NCBI GenBank assembly: GCA_964291285.2 | Contig: OZ219788.1 | Span: forward strand, 544,001-608,000 | Source of the DNA: Alphaproteobacteria bacterium | GTDB lineage: Bacteria > Pseudomonadota > Alphaproteobacteria > Bin95 | Direction of reading: 5' to 3' | DNA length: 64,000 nucleotides | Shown: positions 54,324 through 63,995 of the stretch, one piece after another | Position numbering within the stretch: position 1 is the first letter of the stretch | How the letters are laid out: each line of letters starts with the position of its first letter | Position numbers and translations under genes: made by a program | Notes under the pieces: model-generated | Told to the model about the DNA's origin: nothing | Database searches by the model: none | Seen by the model: the letters and a program-made list of their open reading frames with translations, nothing else

Positions 54324-54766
54324 GGCGCCCGCGCTCCGGGCCGAAGAAGATCGTGCGGTCCTTTTCCTGCACGGACCTGCAGCGGGAGGAGATCGGCAGG
54401 CGCGCGGCGGAGGCCGGCATGAACCTCTCGCCCTACGTCATCGAGTGCGGCCTGACGGTCGATCTCGACGCTGCCGAAGACGGGGCCGGCCCGTTGCCGT
54501 CGCTGGCCCTCGGCCGGGAGGAACAGCGCCGGCTGCACGACCGCGTCGCCGGGATCGCCGAACGGTGGCTGGGTCCGGACGCGCCCGATCCGGCGGGCAT
54601 GGCGGACCTGCCGGCGGTGCTCGGCGTGCTGCTCGAACGGCTCATGACCGACATGGTCGAGATGGGGCATGAAGAGCGGATGCGCCGTCTGCTGCTGGAT
54701 GCCTTCGGCGAGGCCCGGGGCTCGGAGCTCGCCCGCCGGTATGCGGACAAGGCGCGCCGCCGCTGA
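54320..54766 (+). CDS. ribbon-helix-helix / MobC-like protein 3
   Basis: RSFSCTDLQREEIGRRAAEAGMNLSPYVIECGL; GTGA overlap. Confidence 0.72.
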   Translation: MRRPRSGPKKIVRSFSCTDLQREEIGRRAAEAGMNLSPYVIECGLTVDLDAAEDGAGPLPSLALGREEQRRLHDRVAGIAERWLGPDAPDPAGMADLPAVLGVLLERLMTDMVEMGHEERMRRLLLDAFGEARGSELARRYADKARRR

Positions 54767-54875
54767 GCCCCGCACGGACATGCGAGAGGAAGGCGGCGGA
54801 CAGGAAACGGGACGGCGCCCCGGCGGCGCCCGCGCGGATTTCCCCGCAATGAAGGCGGCCGCGGGATAGCAGCAC

Positions 54876-54908
54876 AAAAAACGCCCCGGGCCGGAGCCTC
54901 GGGGCGTT
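54876..54908 (-). terminator. intrinsic terminator downstream of ssb
   Basis: Stem AACGCCCCG/CGGGGCGTT with an A6 run that reads as a U-tract on the minus strand. Confidence 0.7.
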
Positions 54909-54968
54909 GTGCCGAGCGTACAAGGAAAACCCCGGAACCCGAAGGCTCCGGGGCCGGGGGACGATGCC

Positions 54969-55388
54969 TCAGGCGGCAAGGTCCATCTCACAGGCTTCCG
55001 GGGGCGGCGCCGGCGGGCGGTTGTCGTTGGCCGCCCCGTCCGGCCTGGGGTCGAGGAAGTTGATGGAGCCGCGCGGGCCGACCACGATCTCGGTGGTGTA
55101 GCGGTCGTTGCCGTCGCGGTCCTGCCACTTGCGGGTGCGCAGCTTGCCGGTGACGTGCGCCTGGCGGCCCTTGGCGGCGTGCTTGCGCAGCATCTTCACC
55201 AGGCCGTCCTGGAAGACGGTGATCCTGTGCCACTCCGTCTGCCGGACATACTCGCCGGACTGCCTGTCCCGGTAGCCTTCGTTGGTGGCGATGCTGAAAT
55301 TGGCGACTTCGCCGCCGCCGGGGAGGCTGCGGAACTCGGGGTCCGCACCCAGATTGCCGATAAGGTCGACGCGATTCAGGCCGTTCAT
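54969..55388 (-). CDS. ssb: single-stranded DNA-binding protein (element-borne)
   Basis: LNRVDLIGNLGADPE, TEWHR, GKLRTRKWQD, YTTEIV; lacks the DDDIPF tail. Confidence 0.93.
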   Translation of the reverse strand: MNGLNRVDLIGNLGADPEFRSLPGGGEVANFSIATNEGYRDRQSGEYVRQTEWHRITVFQDGLVKMLRKHAAKGRQAHVTGKLRTRKWQDRDGNDRYTTEIVVGPRGSINFLDPRPDGAANDNRPPAPPPEACEMDLAA

Positions 55389-55434
55389 GGTTCTTGCTCC
55401 CTGCAAGTGGTTGACCGTGAGCCGTTACAACTCA

Positions 55435-55459
55435 CCCCGAAAAACCCTTTCCCAAACTT
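55435..55459 (-). repeat. conserved upstream motif, copy 1
   Basis: CCCCGAAAAACCCTTTCCCAAACTT (+ strand), ~47 nt upstream of the ssb start. Confidence 0.8.
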
Positions 55460-55546
55460 GCGGCGTCGATGCCGCCACAGGCCGGGACAGGGGAAACGGA
55501 AATCGGGATGCCGGGCGAAAGACGCCCCTGGGGGACACGGCGACGC

Positions 55547-56638
55547 TCACCAGGAGATCATCGTCGCCGTGGGAAAGTGGTCCGTGGCGATCTCCACGTC
55601 CTCGGGCGTGAGCTTCGCGTAGGCGAGCGCGGCGGCCACCTCGGCGATACTGTCCCAGGTACCGTGATCGACGCCCGTGCCGAGCTCGGTGACGGTATAT
55701 CGGGCGGGCAGGGGCGGAATGCCGCGCGAGGCAATGGCGCGCTGCCTGTCCCGGCATGGCCTGCATTCCAGCGTGCCGCGCGCGGGGGGCCGTTCGCCGC
55801 AACGCACGCACAGCCCTGCCGCCTGCCGCGCCGCGGAGTTGTGCCGGAAGCGTTCGAGCGCCTTGACGCGGCAATAGTCGCGGCAGCTTTCGCAATTGTC
55901 GTTATCCGGCAGGGCGTGGACCTTGCCGCAGCGCGTACAGACGCCCGGAGCGCGGCGTTCGGCGGTTCTGCGGCGCATGTGGTCCCGTGCGGATATCCGC
56001 CGCCGTTCGCCGCAGGACGCGCAGTAGCGCGAACCGGGCAGCGGGGGCTCCAGCTTGCAGCGGGCGCAGATGCCGGCGGCCACTCTGCGGGCGACCGTAG
56101 CGGCCTGGCTGGCCTTGCCGGTGTCGAGGCAGGGCCGGCAATGGAGCCTGCCGTCAGCTGCGGGATTCCGGCCGCAAGCCTTGCAGAGCCCGAGTGCGGC
56201 GCGCCGTTCCCCGCGCTTGCGGGTGTCTTTGTTCCGTTCGTCGAGACAGGCCTGGCATGTGGAGCGGTTCTCGGCCGGGGGGCGTTCGCCGCAATGGATG
56301 CAGAGCCCTTGCGAGGCGCGTTCGGCCCGGCGGGCGCGTCTGTTGTCCCGTGACTGCCGGTTGTGCCGCTCTGCGCAGGGTTTGCAGCGCAGGCTCCCGG
56401 GTAATGGAGCCGCGTTCCCGCAGTGCAGGCACAGTTGCTGGAGGGAGCGGCGCTGTCTCCGGCGCCGGCCGTCTTCCCTGTGGATGTCCAGGCAGGGGCG
56501 GCAGGCAGTGCGGCCTTCTTCGGGCGGGCGCTTGCCGCAGGCGCCGCAGAGACCCGCGGCCATGCGGGCATTGCGCTTGCGGGCGGCAGGGCCCGGCATA
56601 GTCACGATGTTCGGCGATGTGTCTGCGGGGCAGCGCAT
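55547..56638 (-). CDS. hypothetical protein with seven CxxC-x11-CxxC Arg-rich repeats
   Basis: Seven exact-spacing repeats, e.g. GLCGACGKRPPEEGRTACRPC, plus a distinct ~55-aa C-terminal domain. Confidence 0.85.
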   Translation of the reverse strand: MRCPADTSPNIVTMPGPAARKRNARMAAGLCGACGKRPPEEGRTACRPCLDIHREDGRRRRQRRSLQQLCLHCGNAAPLPGSLRCKPCAERHNRQSRDNRRARRAERASQGLCIHCGERPPAENRSTCQACLDERNKDTRKRGERRAALGLCKACGRNPAADGRLHCRPCLDTGKASQAATVARRVAAGICARCKLEPPLPGSRYCASCGERRRISARDHMRRRTAERRAPGVCTRCGKVHALPDNDNCESCRDYCRVKALERFRHNSAARQAAGLCVRCGERPPARGTLECRPCRDRQRAIASRGIPPLPARYTVTELGTGVDHGTWDSIAEVAAALAYAKLTPEDVEIATDHFPTATMISW

Positions 56639-56718
56639 GGCGGCGTCTCCCGGAGATGAACCGGAGGGAGGGAGCGGACCGGCGGCGCCCCCGGAGGAAC
56701 GCCGCCCGAAGGACCGGC

Positions 56719-57030
56719 TCAGAAGCGCTTGCGCCGGCCTTCCGCGAACAGGCCCGTTGCGAGATCCCCCCAGTACTGGATCCCGGAGCAGGTGATCTTC
56801 TCGCCCTTGCAGATCAGGATCTCGTTGCGCGCGGGGCGGAGCTCGCGGACGGTCTCCAGCGACAGGGTGAGCGGATGGCCCTTGCCGCCCGGCAGCCGGC
56901 GGATACCGCCGTCGATGCTGGTGCGGTAGCGCTCGATGACATAGTGCTCGTCCTGCAGGCCGCGGCCGAACACGTGCGTGAGGAACGTGTTCGCATCGGG
57001 GGGAAGGGCGGACGCATTGGTAGCGGGCAT
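56719..57030 (-). CDS. hypothetical protein
   Basis: AAAGGAG RBS before ATG; co-oriented with the neighbouring genes. Confidence 0.65.
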   Translation of the reverse strand: MPATNASALPPDANTFLTHVFGRGLQDEHYVIERYRTSIDGGIRRLPGGKGHPLTLSLETVRELRPARNEILICKGEKITCSGIQYWGDLATGLFAEGRRKRF

Positions 57031-57094
57031 GTGCGGTATCTCCTTTCGAAGGAAGGGAAGCGGGAGCCGGTCGCCCGGCCGCCCGCAGGGATCG

Positions 57095-57118
57095 CCCCGA
57101 AAACCCTTTCCCAAACTT
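57095..57118 (-). repeat. conserved upstream motif, copy 2
   Basis: CCCCGAAAACCCTTTCCCAAACTT, ~65 nt upstream of the 57030 start. Confidence 0.8.
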
Positions 57119-57570
57119 TCGGACGGGCGAGCCGGGCTCCGCCGTTCGCCGGTAAGGGCCGCCGGCTGCGGCGTCCGGTCGGCCGGCCGCGCGGGAGAGG
57201 ACCGCTGCGGTCCGGATGGGGCGCGGATCGGGACGCCGGAAACCGGTCCGCCGCCGTTTCGGCCGCCTCGGCGGCCGGCGCTCCGGGCTGCCGTACCGGG
57301 AACCGCCGGCGGGCCTTCCCCCGGAGTCGTGGACGCAGCGGCGGAAACGGCGCCGGCGGAGAACCGCGTCGGCGTCGTCGATTCGGTTACCGGGTTGCCG
57401 CTCGGCCTGCCCTGTGCGGTCGCGCGGGCGGCGAAGCGGGGCCGGGGGCGGGCATGAACGCCTCGTCCTTCGTCATCGGATGCGGGCCGGCGGCCGGCCC
57501 CGACCGGCCGGGAAGAGCGCGTGCGCCGCCTGCTGCCGGACGCTTTCGGCGAGCCCGCCGCCGCCGGGCC

Positions 57571-60500
57571 TCACACCGAGATGCCGCCGCCCGGGCCGAT
57601 ATCGCGGGAGAGGCCCTGCTGCCGGGCCGGGTCGCGGACGCGGAGATGGTTCTCGAGTTTCCGGCGGGCGCCGGGGTCCAGTTCGGGCCGGTCCAGCATC
57701 CGCTTCGCCTCCTCGACCACCTGCCTCAGCTCCGGAACGCTCAGGCGGGAGTTCTCGAGCCGGGGCGCGAACGCGGTCCAGGCCGCGTCGGTCTCCAGCG
57801 CGCGGGCGAGCCTTCCGCTGTCCCGCCCGATGTCGCCGCGCGCGCCTTCGATACGGTCCAGGTGGGGCGCGTAGCGCGTCTCCGCGAGGACCCGCTTCGC
57901 CCTCCCGCGGAGCCGTGCGGCTTCGTCCGCCCAGGCCCTGTAGCCCGTCCCCTCTTCCGTCACGCTCCGGCGCTGCTCCGCGGCGAGGTCCGACAGCTGC
58001 CGGCGCAGGTCCAGCGAGAAGCGGAGTTCCACGACGAGAGTCTCCACCTCCGCCTTCGCCGCCGCCGCCGCGTCATGTTCCGCGACCGCGTGCTCCAGCA
58101 GGGCGCGCGCCTCGGCGTCGAGGTCCGGCTCGGCCGCGAGCGCCCGCATGCTCCAGACGACCTCCTCATTGCCCTCGCGGTAGAAGACGGGCGTATCGGT
58201 CTCGCGCTCCACGATCTCCAGCCTCTCCAGCAGGCAGGCGGCATGGCGCCAGTCGAGCGCCACCGCGCCTTCCAGCGACTTGCGGTCCCGGGCAATGCCG
58301 TCGCGCAGCTCGGGCAGGGCGCCGGCATGGGCGAAGGAGCCGTCCGCGTCCGGAAGGCCCCGCGTCTCCGCCAGAAGGCCGCCGGCCTCCTCCCGCCAGG
58401 CCTCCAGCGCGGGAAGCACGGAATAGACCGCCCTGTCCTCCCCGGCCCCGTCGATCAGGCGCTCGCGCTTTTCCAAGCACTCCCGCAGCTTCGCGGCGAG
58501 CGGTTCGGCCGCGGCCTTCGCGGCGGCGACGGCGTCGCGCTCGGCGATCAGGTCCGACAGCTTCCGGCGGAGCGCCGCGTCGAGATGCGCCAACTCCAGC
58601 ACCCCGGCCATGCGCAGCAGGACCTCGTCGCGGCCCTCGGCATGGAACCAGTGCGCGCCGGCCTTATCGGCGCGCGCCTCCACCTTCTTCCACTCGTCCA
58701 GGACGGCGAACGCGGCATCGTCGGCGTCGAGGACGGCGTGCAGTTCCGCGCCCGCCCCGGCGATCCCGTCGCGGAGCGCGGGCGCGGCGTCCAGATGCGG
58801 ACGGTAGCGCTCCTCCTCGGCCGCGATCCCGTCCGCCTCCCTGCGAAGCCGGGACGCATGGTCCCGCCAGATGCGGTAGTCGCCGGCTCCCTCGCCGGCC
58901 GGATCGAACTGGATGCGCCGCACCGCGAGCGCCGTGCGCATCCGGTCATCCAGCCCGTCGAGAGTTGCGCGCGCCTTTCCCGCTGCCTCATGCGCCCCGG
59001 CAACCCGTTCCGCCTCGGCCGCGACGCCCGCCGCCACCCCGGGGGTCCGGCCCAATTCCGCGAGCCGCTCGACCGAGTCCGCGCATCCCTCCACATAGAA
59101 CGGGATCGTGCCCTGCCGGCGCGCCTCTTCCTCCAGCGCGCGCCAGGCCGAAAGCTCCGGCCACAGCGCCTCGCGCTCCGGGATCGGCAGGGGCGCCGGC
59201 GGGGCGATCTCCTCGCCCACCGCCTCCAGCGCCGTCATGGCCGCGCCCGCATGCGCCTCCAGCGCCTCGACAAGGTCCTCGCGGTTGTCGGTCAGCACCA
59301 CCGCATTGTCCCGCGCCCGGCTGATCCCGACATAGAACGCCGCCCGGTCCACGGGCAGGCCATGGCCGGAGTCCAGCACCACGATCGCATTGTCGCGGGT
59401 CGCGCCCTGCGCCGCATGCAGGGTCGCACTCCAGGCATGGTCCACATGGCGCAGCTGCGGATCGTCCCGGCGCAGGGACAGGGTACGGCCGTCCTCGACG
59501 TCGATCTTCACCAGCCGGGAGCCGATGGCGAGCACCTCCGCCTCGCCGCCATTGACGAGGCCGCGCTTCCTGTCGTTGCGCGTCCAGCGGATGCGGTCGC
59601 CCGCCTGGAGGCGGATCGGGCGCGTCTCGTAGGCCTCGTAGCGGTAGCGGACCGGCTTCGACGGGTCGATCCGGCGCGGGCGCCCGTCGGGATGGTGCAG
59701 CAGCACCCGGCCGCCCTCCGCTCCCGTCACCGTGCAGGCGTCGTCCGCCTTCACCCGGAACCGGTAGAGGTCGTTGTGGAACACCAGCACGTCGCCGGGG
59801 CGGTAGTTGGCGGTGTCGGCCTTCTGCGCACCCGTCAGCCCGAGCCCGACAAGCCGGTCGATCTCCAGAACCCGCCCGTGCAGCAGGCCTTCGTCGCGCA
59901 GCCCCTCGCGCACCGCCTCGTTGATGTCCTCCCGGAGCGCATGGGTCGGCGCCATGATCGCCGTCCGGGCGCGCGCCTCCGGGTGCAGCGAGAGCCAGAG
60001 CCGGGCGGCCGCCTCGCCGAGCTCGTCCGACTCCGCCTCGTGGACATTGCCGCCGAGCCGCTCCATGGCCTCGGCAGGCTCGCCCTCCCGGATGGCCGTT
60101 ACCGCCCGGTGCAGGTCGGGGTCGCGCTGGCGCAGCACCTCGTCCATGCGCGCCGTCGCCATGCCCGCCTGCTGGAGTTGCCGGAACGGCTGCCCGGCCT
60201 CCACCGAACGCAACTGCCCGGTGTCGCCGACCAGCGCCAGGCGCGCGATGCCGATCCGCTCCGATATCCGCATCAGCTGGCGCATCTGCGCCGAACTCAC
60301 CATTGAGGCCTCGTCCACCGCCAGCACCGCGCCGCCGAAGGCGAGCCGCGCCTCGGCAAGCCGTTCCGGCCCCGCGATCCGGTCGCCGATGTCCCGGTGG
60401 CGCGCGAGGAACCATTGCAGCGTCCGCGCCGGGATGCCCGCCTCCCGCTCCAGCGCCCGCACCGCCGCCATCGACGGCGCCAGCCCCACCACCTTGTGCT

Positions 60501-61905
60501 CTCCGGCAAGTCGCGCCGTCTCGCGCAGCATGACCGTCTTGCCCGTGCCCGCATGGCCCTGCACGCCCACCACCCTGTCCCGCGTGAGCAAAATCGTGCG
60601 CACCGCCTCGCGCTGGCCCTCCGTCAGCACCCCGGCGGCGAGCTCCCTCTCCACCGCCGCCCCGGCCGCCGCCGGCGCCCCCGCCCCGGCGCCCTCTCTC
60701 ATCCAGGCGATGTTGCCGCGTTCGGCCCGGAGCGCCCGGTCGGTCACGAACGCCCGGTCGGCGCCGCGCAACGCCGCCGCAACCAGATGCCCGTCGCGCC
60801 GCAGCTCCTCCACCGCCGCCTCGACCTCGCGCAGCGAATACCGCCCCGGCGCCTGGCCGAGCGCATGCGCCGCGATGTCGCCGGCCGCGAACACCGAAGA
60901 CCGCTCCTCAAGATGCGCCACCGCCCGCCAGACCGCTTCATGGACCGGCAGGAGGGAGCGCGCCTCCGCCCGCCTCTCCGCGCGCCGGCCGCGCCTTGCC
61001 CGCGCGGCCGCCTCCTTCGGCGGCAGGCCGGCCTCCCGGGCGCGGCGCCGCCAGATCCGCCGCAGCTCGTCCATGGCCGGCTCCGCCTTGCGCCGCCGCG
61101 TGTAGAGCGCCGCCTGCTGCGCCCGCGCCGCGCTGTAGGCCCCGCCCCGCCGGCGGATGTCCTCCAGTATGTCCCGACGCCGGGTCGAGAACGCGTCCCG
61201 CACCTCCCGGTCGTAGCCCTCCAGCTCGAACCCCGGCACCGGACCGATCATGGTCGGCACGATCCCGTAGCCGAGCGCCTCCAGACGCCGCGCCAGCTCG
61301 TTGCGGTAATGCGCCCCGATCAGTTTCTTGTTCCGGCGGATCGCCGTCGCCTCGATGCTTCGCCACTCGTCCGCGCCGTTCCGGGTCATGTTCGCCACCA
61401 CGCAGTGCGTGTGCAGCTGCGGGTCCAGATTGCGGCTCGCAAGGTGCCGAAAGGTCGCCGCGATCATGCCGTGCGCCTTCACCCGGGGCCGGCGCCGCGT
61501 CGCCGGGTCCCAGCCCCGCGTCTGCAGCAGCTCAGCCTCCACCCGGTCCAGCGCCGCGCGCACCGCCTCGTCATGCGCGCGGACCACCCGCCTGTCGCCG
61601 TGCAGCAGCGCCGCCAGCGATACCGACTTCGGCGCCGACAGCGTGATGTCCACCCCCGGACGGTGCTGGTGCTCGCCGTCCCGCAGGCGGCCCAGCCGGA
61701 TATCCGTGCCCGGCACGCAGCCCTGGAGGATCGCGTGGAACGTCTTCGGCGAGACATGCCGGCCGAGGCCCAGCGCACGCGCCGCCGCCCCGTGCCAGAA
61801 GCTCGCCCGGCGGTGCTCCGGGTCGCCCTTCGCGTAATAGCCGTCCTGCTCGAAATAGTGGACCGTCGAGCTTGCCGACCCGATGTCCGTCACCGTCGCG
61901 ACCAT
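57571..61905 (-). CDS. MOBF relaxase-helicase (TrwC/TraI-like)
   Basis: YFEQDGYY catalytic tyrosines, DITLSAPKSVS, H...DPQLHTH, Walker A GHAGTGKT, DEASM, GDTGQL, QGAT. Confidence 0.93.
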   Translation of the reverse strand: MVATVTDIGSASSTVHYFEQDGYYAKGDPEHRRASFWHGAAARALGLGRHVSPKTFHAILQGCVPGTDIRLGRLRDGEHQHRPGVDITLSAPKSVSLAALLHGDRRVVRAHDEAVRAALDRVEAELLQTRGWDPATRRRPRVKAHGMIAATFRHLASRNLDPQLHTHCVVANMTRNGADEWRSIEATAIRRNKKLIGAHYRNELARRLEALGYGIVPTMIGPVPGFELEGYDREVRDAFSTRRRDILEDIRRRGGAYSAARAQQAALYTRRRKAEPAMDELRRIWRRRAREAGLPPKEAAARARRGRRAERRAEARSLLPVHEAVWRAVAHLEERSSVFAAGDIAAHALGQAPGRYSLREVEAAVEELRRDGHLVAAALRGADRAFVTDRALRAERGNIAWMREGAGAGAPAAAGAAVERELAAGVLTEGQREAVRTILLTRDRVVGVQGHAGTGKTVMLRETARLAGEHKVVGLAPSMAAVRALEREAGIPARTLQWFLARHRDIGDRIAGPERLAEARLAFGGAVLAVDEASMVSSAQMRQLMRISERIGIARLALVGDTGQLRSVEAGQPFRQLQQAGMATARMDEVLRQRDPDLHRAVTAIREGEPAEAMERLGGNVHEAESDELGEAAARLWLSLHPEARARTAIMAPTHALREDINEAVREGLRDEGLLHGRVLEIDRLVGLGLTGAQKADTANYRPGDVLVFHNDLYRFRVKADDACTVTGAEGGRVLLHHPDGRPRRIDPSKPVRYRYEAYETRPIRLQAGDRIRWTRNDRKRGLVNGGEAEVLAIGSRLVKIDVEDGRTLSLRRDDPQLRHVDHAWSATLHAAQGATRDNAIVVLDSGHGLPVDRAAFYVGISRARDNAVVLTDNREDLVEALEAHAGAAMTALEAVGEEIAPPAPLPIPEREALWPELSAWRALEEEARRQGTIPFYVEGCADSVERLAELGRTPGVAAGVAAEAERVAGAHEAAGKARATLDGLDDRMRTALAVRRIQFDPAGEGAGDYRIWRDHASRLRREADGIAAEEERYRPHLDAAPALRDGIAGAGAELHAVLDADDAAFAVLDEWKKVEARADKAGAHWFHAEGRDEVLLRMAGVLELAHLDAALRRKLSDLIAERDAVAAAKAAAEPLAAKLRECLEKRERLIDGAGEDRAVYSVLPALEAWREEAGGLLAETRGLPDADGSFAHAGALPELRDGIARDRKSLEGAVALDWRHAACLLERLEIVERETDTPVFYREGNEEVVWSMRALAAEPDLDAEARALLEHAVAEHDAAAAAKAEVETLVVELRFSLDLRRQLSDLAAEQRRSVTEEGTGYRAWADEAARLRGRAKRVLAETRYAPHLDRIEGARGDIGRDSGRLARALETDAAWTAFAPRLENSRLSVPELRQVVEEAKRMLDRPELDPGARRKLENHLRVRDPARQQGLSRDIGPGGGISV

Positions 61906-62543
61906 GGCCTCATTCTATACGGACGGGGGCACGGACCCACAGGCGGCGTGAAGATGCGCGCCGGCGCGAACGGGGCTTGTTGCCGGAGCGTCTCAGCAGT
62001 TACCGGGGCGGCGGCGCGCGCCCGGTCGCAGTCGATGTCCTTGCCGGGGCCGCCGGCGCTCGATGCCGATGGCATCCGTCTTCGCGCCATTCGCTGAGAC
62101 GCGCCACGAATTCTTCCCGGTTCTCCCCAAAGTCGAGGACGCGCGATCCGTGGCGGCGCCATACAGTCCGGCCTCGCGGCATGCCGCCTGTGCATGAATG
62201 TGCCGGCGACCGGCATTATCCATGCGGGTCCGGGTTCGCTAACAAGGAGGAACGGAGAAGGCAGAACGCGGTCCGGAGGGGCCAGCAGTCCGGTGGCGGC
62301 TTGGGGGCCGGATAGAGGTTTCCAATAGCCGCCATTGCAAAATCCAACTGGCCCCGGGCGGCCGCGTTTCCACCTGACTCCCGAAAGGCATCCCCTGCGG
62401 ATGCGCCCCTGCACGGACACGGAACTATCGGGAAATGCGCGCACCAAACCCAGGCGGCCGGAAGACGGCAAGCAACCCCGGTCGCGGGTCGCGCCGGGCC
62501 CGGTTCCGCGATCCGCCGCCGGCCCCCGGCAGCGGGTTCCGGG

Positions 62544-63995
62544 GATCGTGTCCCGAGCCGTGGTGTAAGAGCCTGGCGTCCGTAGCGGTGTCCGGCGGGT
62601 AGGGCCGGTAGGCTCAGGCTGCCACGGCGGGCAGCTTGACGGTTGCATTGTCGCTCACGGGAGCGATGGATTCCAGCGTTACGTATCTGGCTCTCTGGAC
62701 GGCCCATTCGTCGTTCTGCTCGAGCAGGATGGCACCGATCAGGCGGGTGATGGCGTTCTCGTTGGGGAAGATGCCGACGGTGTTGGTGCGCCGCTTGATC
62801 TCGCCATGGAGGCGTTCGAGCGGGTTTGTGGAGTGCAGCTTGGCGCGATGCGCGGCCGGGAAGGTCATGTAGGCGAGAACATCGTGCTCGGCCTCGTCCA
62901 TGATGGCGGCGAGCTTCGGCGCCTTGGGCCTGAGCTGGTCGGCGACCTGGCGCCACTGGGCGGAGGCGCTGTCTGCATCCTCCTGGGCGAAGGCGGTGGT
63001 GACGAAGGCGGAGACGACGCGCCGGCCCTGCTTGCCGGCATGGGCGAGCAGGTTGCGCATGAAATGCACGCGGCATCTCTGCCATGTGGCGCCGAGGATG
63101 CGGGTCGCGGCGGCCTTCAGGCCCTTGTGGTCGTCGGAGATCACCAGCTTGACGCCGCGCAGGCCGCGCCGGGCGAGCGAGCGCAGGAAGTCGGTCCAGA
63201 AGGTCTCGGCCTCGGACGCGCCGATCGCCATGCCGAGCACCTCGCGCCGGCCCTGGTCGTTGACCGCCACCGCGATGGTGACCGCGACCGAGACGATGCG
63301 CCCGGCCTCGCGCATCTTCACATAGGTCGCGTCCAGCCACAGATACGGCCAGTCGCCCTCCAGCGGCCGGTCGAGGAAGTCGCGGATCTTGTCGTCGATC
63401 TCGCCGCACAGCCTGGACACCTGGCTCTTGGAGATGCCCGACATGCCCATCGCCTGCACCAGGTCGTCGACCGAGCGGGTGGATACGCCCTTGATGTAGG
63501 CCTCCTGGATCACCGCCGTCAGCGCCTTCTCCGCCATCCGCCGCGGCTCAAGGAAGCCCGGGAAGTAGCTCCCCTTGCGCAGCTTCGGGATCTTCAGCTC
63601 GACCGTGCCGGCGCGCGTCTCCCAGACCCGGTCGCGGTAGCCGTTGCGGTGCGTGATCCGGTCCGGCGAACGCTCGCCGTGCCCGGCGCCCGCAAGGCCC
63701 TCAACCTCAAGCGCCATCAGACGCGCGGCCGTGAACCCGATCATCTCGCGAAGCAGATCGGCGTCGGAACTCTTCTCCAACAGCGCCCGCAGGGTCATCA
63801 TGTCGGTGGTGGTCATCGTGGTACTCCTCCGGTCGGATGGACTGTGGAAGCCCAACCCTACCGGCACCGCGATGGCCATCCGCTATGGATAAGTGGCCCG
63901 CCGCCGCCAGACTCCAGACGGTCGCGGCGGCGGGCCACTTACCCACAGCTACCGATGGTGGCTCCAGCTCCTACACCACGCCTGGGGGCACGACC
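62544..63995 (-). mobile_element. complete IS256-family element
   Basis: 29-bp imperfect IR GATCGTGTCCCGAGCCGTGGTGTAAGAGC / GCTCCTACACCACGCCTGGGGGCACGACC; flank GTTCCGGG at 62536-62543 is repeated as GTTCC at 63996-64000 (TSD). Confidence 0.92.
62614..63816 (-). CDS. IS256-family transposase
   Basis: [46 protein letters not shown]. Confidence 0.95.
   Translation of the reverse strand: MTTTDMMTLRALLEKSSDADLLREMIGFTAARLMALEVEGLAGAGHGERSPDRITHRNGYRDRVWETRAGTVELKIPKLRKGSYFPGFLEPRRMAEKALTAVIQEAYIKGVSTRSVDDLVQAMGMSGISKSQVSRLCGEIDDKIRDFLDRPLEGDWPYLWLDATYVKMREAGRIVSVAVTIAVAVNDQGRREVLGMAIGASEAETFWTDFLRSLARRGLRGVKLVISDDHKGLKAAATRILGATWQRCRVHFMRNLLAHAGKQGRRVVSAFVTTAFAQEDADSASAQWRQVADQLRPKAPKLAAIMDEAEHDVLAYMTFPAAHRAKLHSTNPLERLHGEIKRRTNTVGIFPNENAITRLIGAILLEQNDEWAVQRARYVTLESIAPVSDNATVKLPAVAA

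Noticed and set aside
57160-57570. Possible gene between the relaxase and the 57030 ORF
   Set aside because: Only short, low-complexity frames with no recognisable product
61906-62543. oriT/nic site of the MOBF relaxase
   Set aside because: The location is plausible, but I found no convincing match to known MOBF nic sequences; TAGAAT just before the ATG is more simply a -10 box
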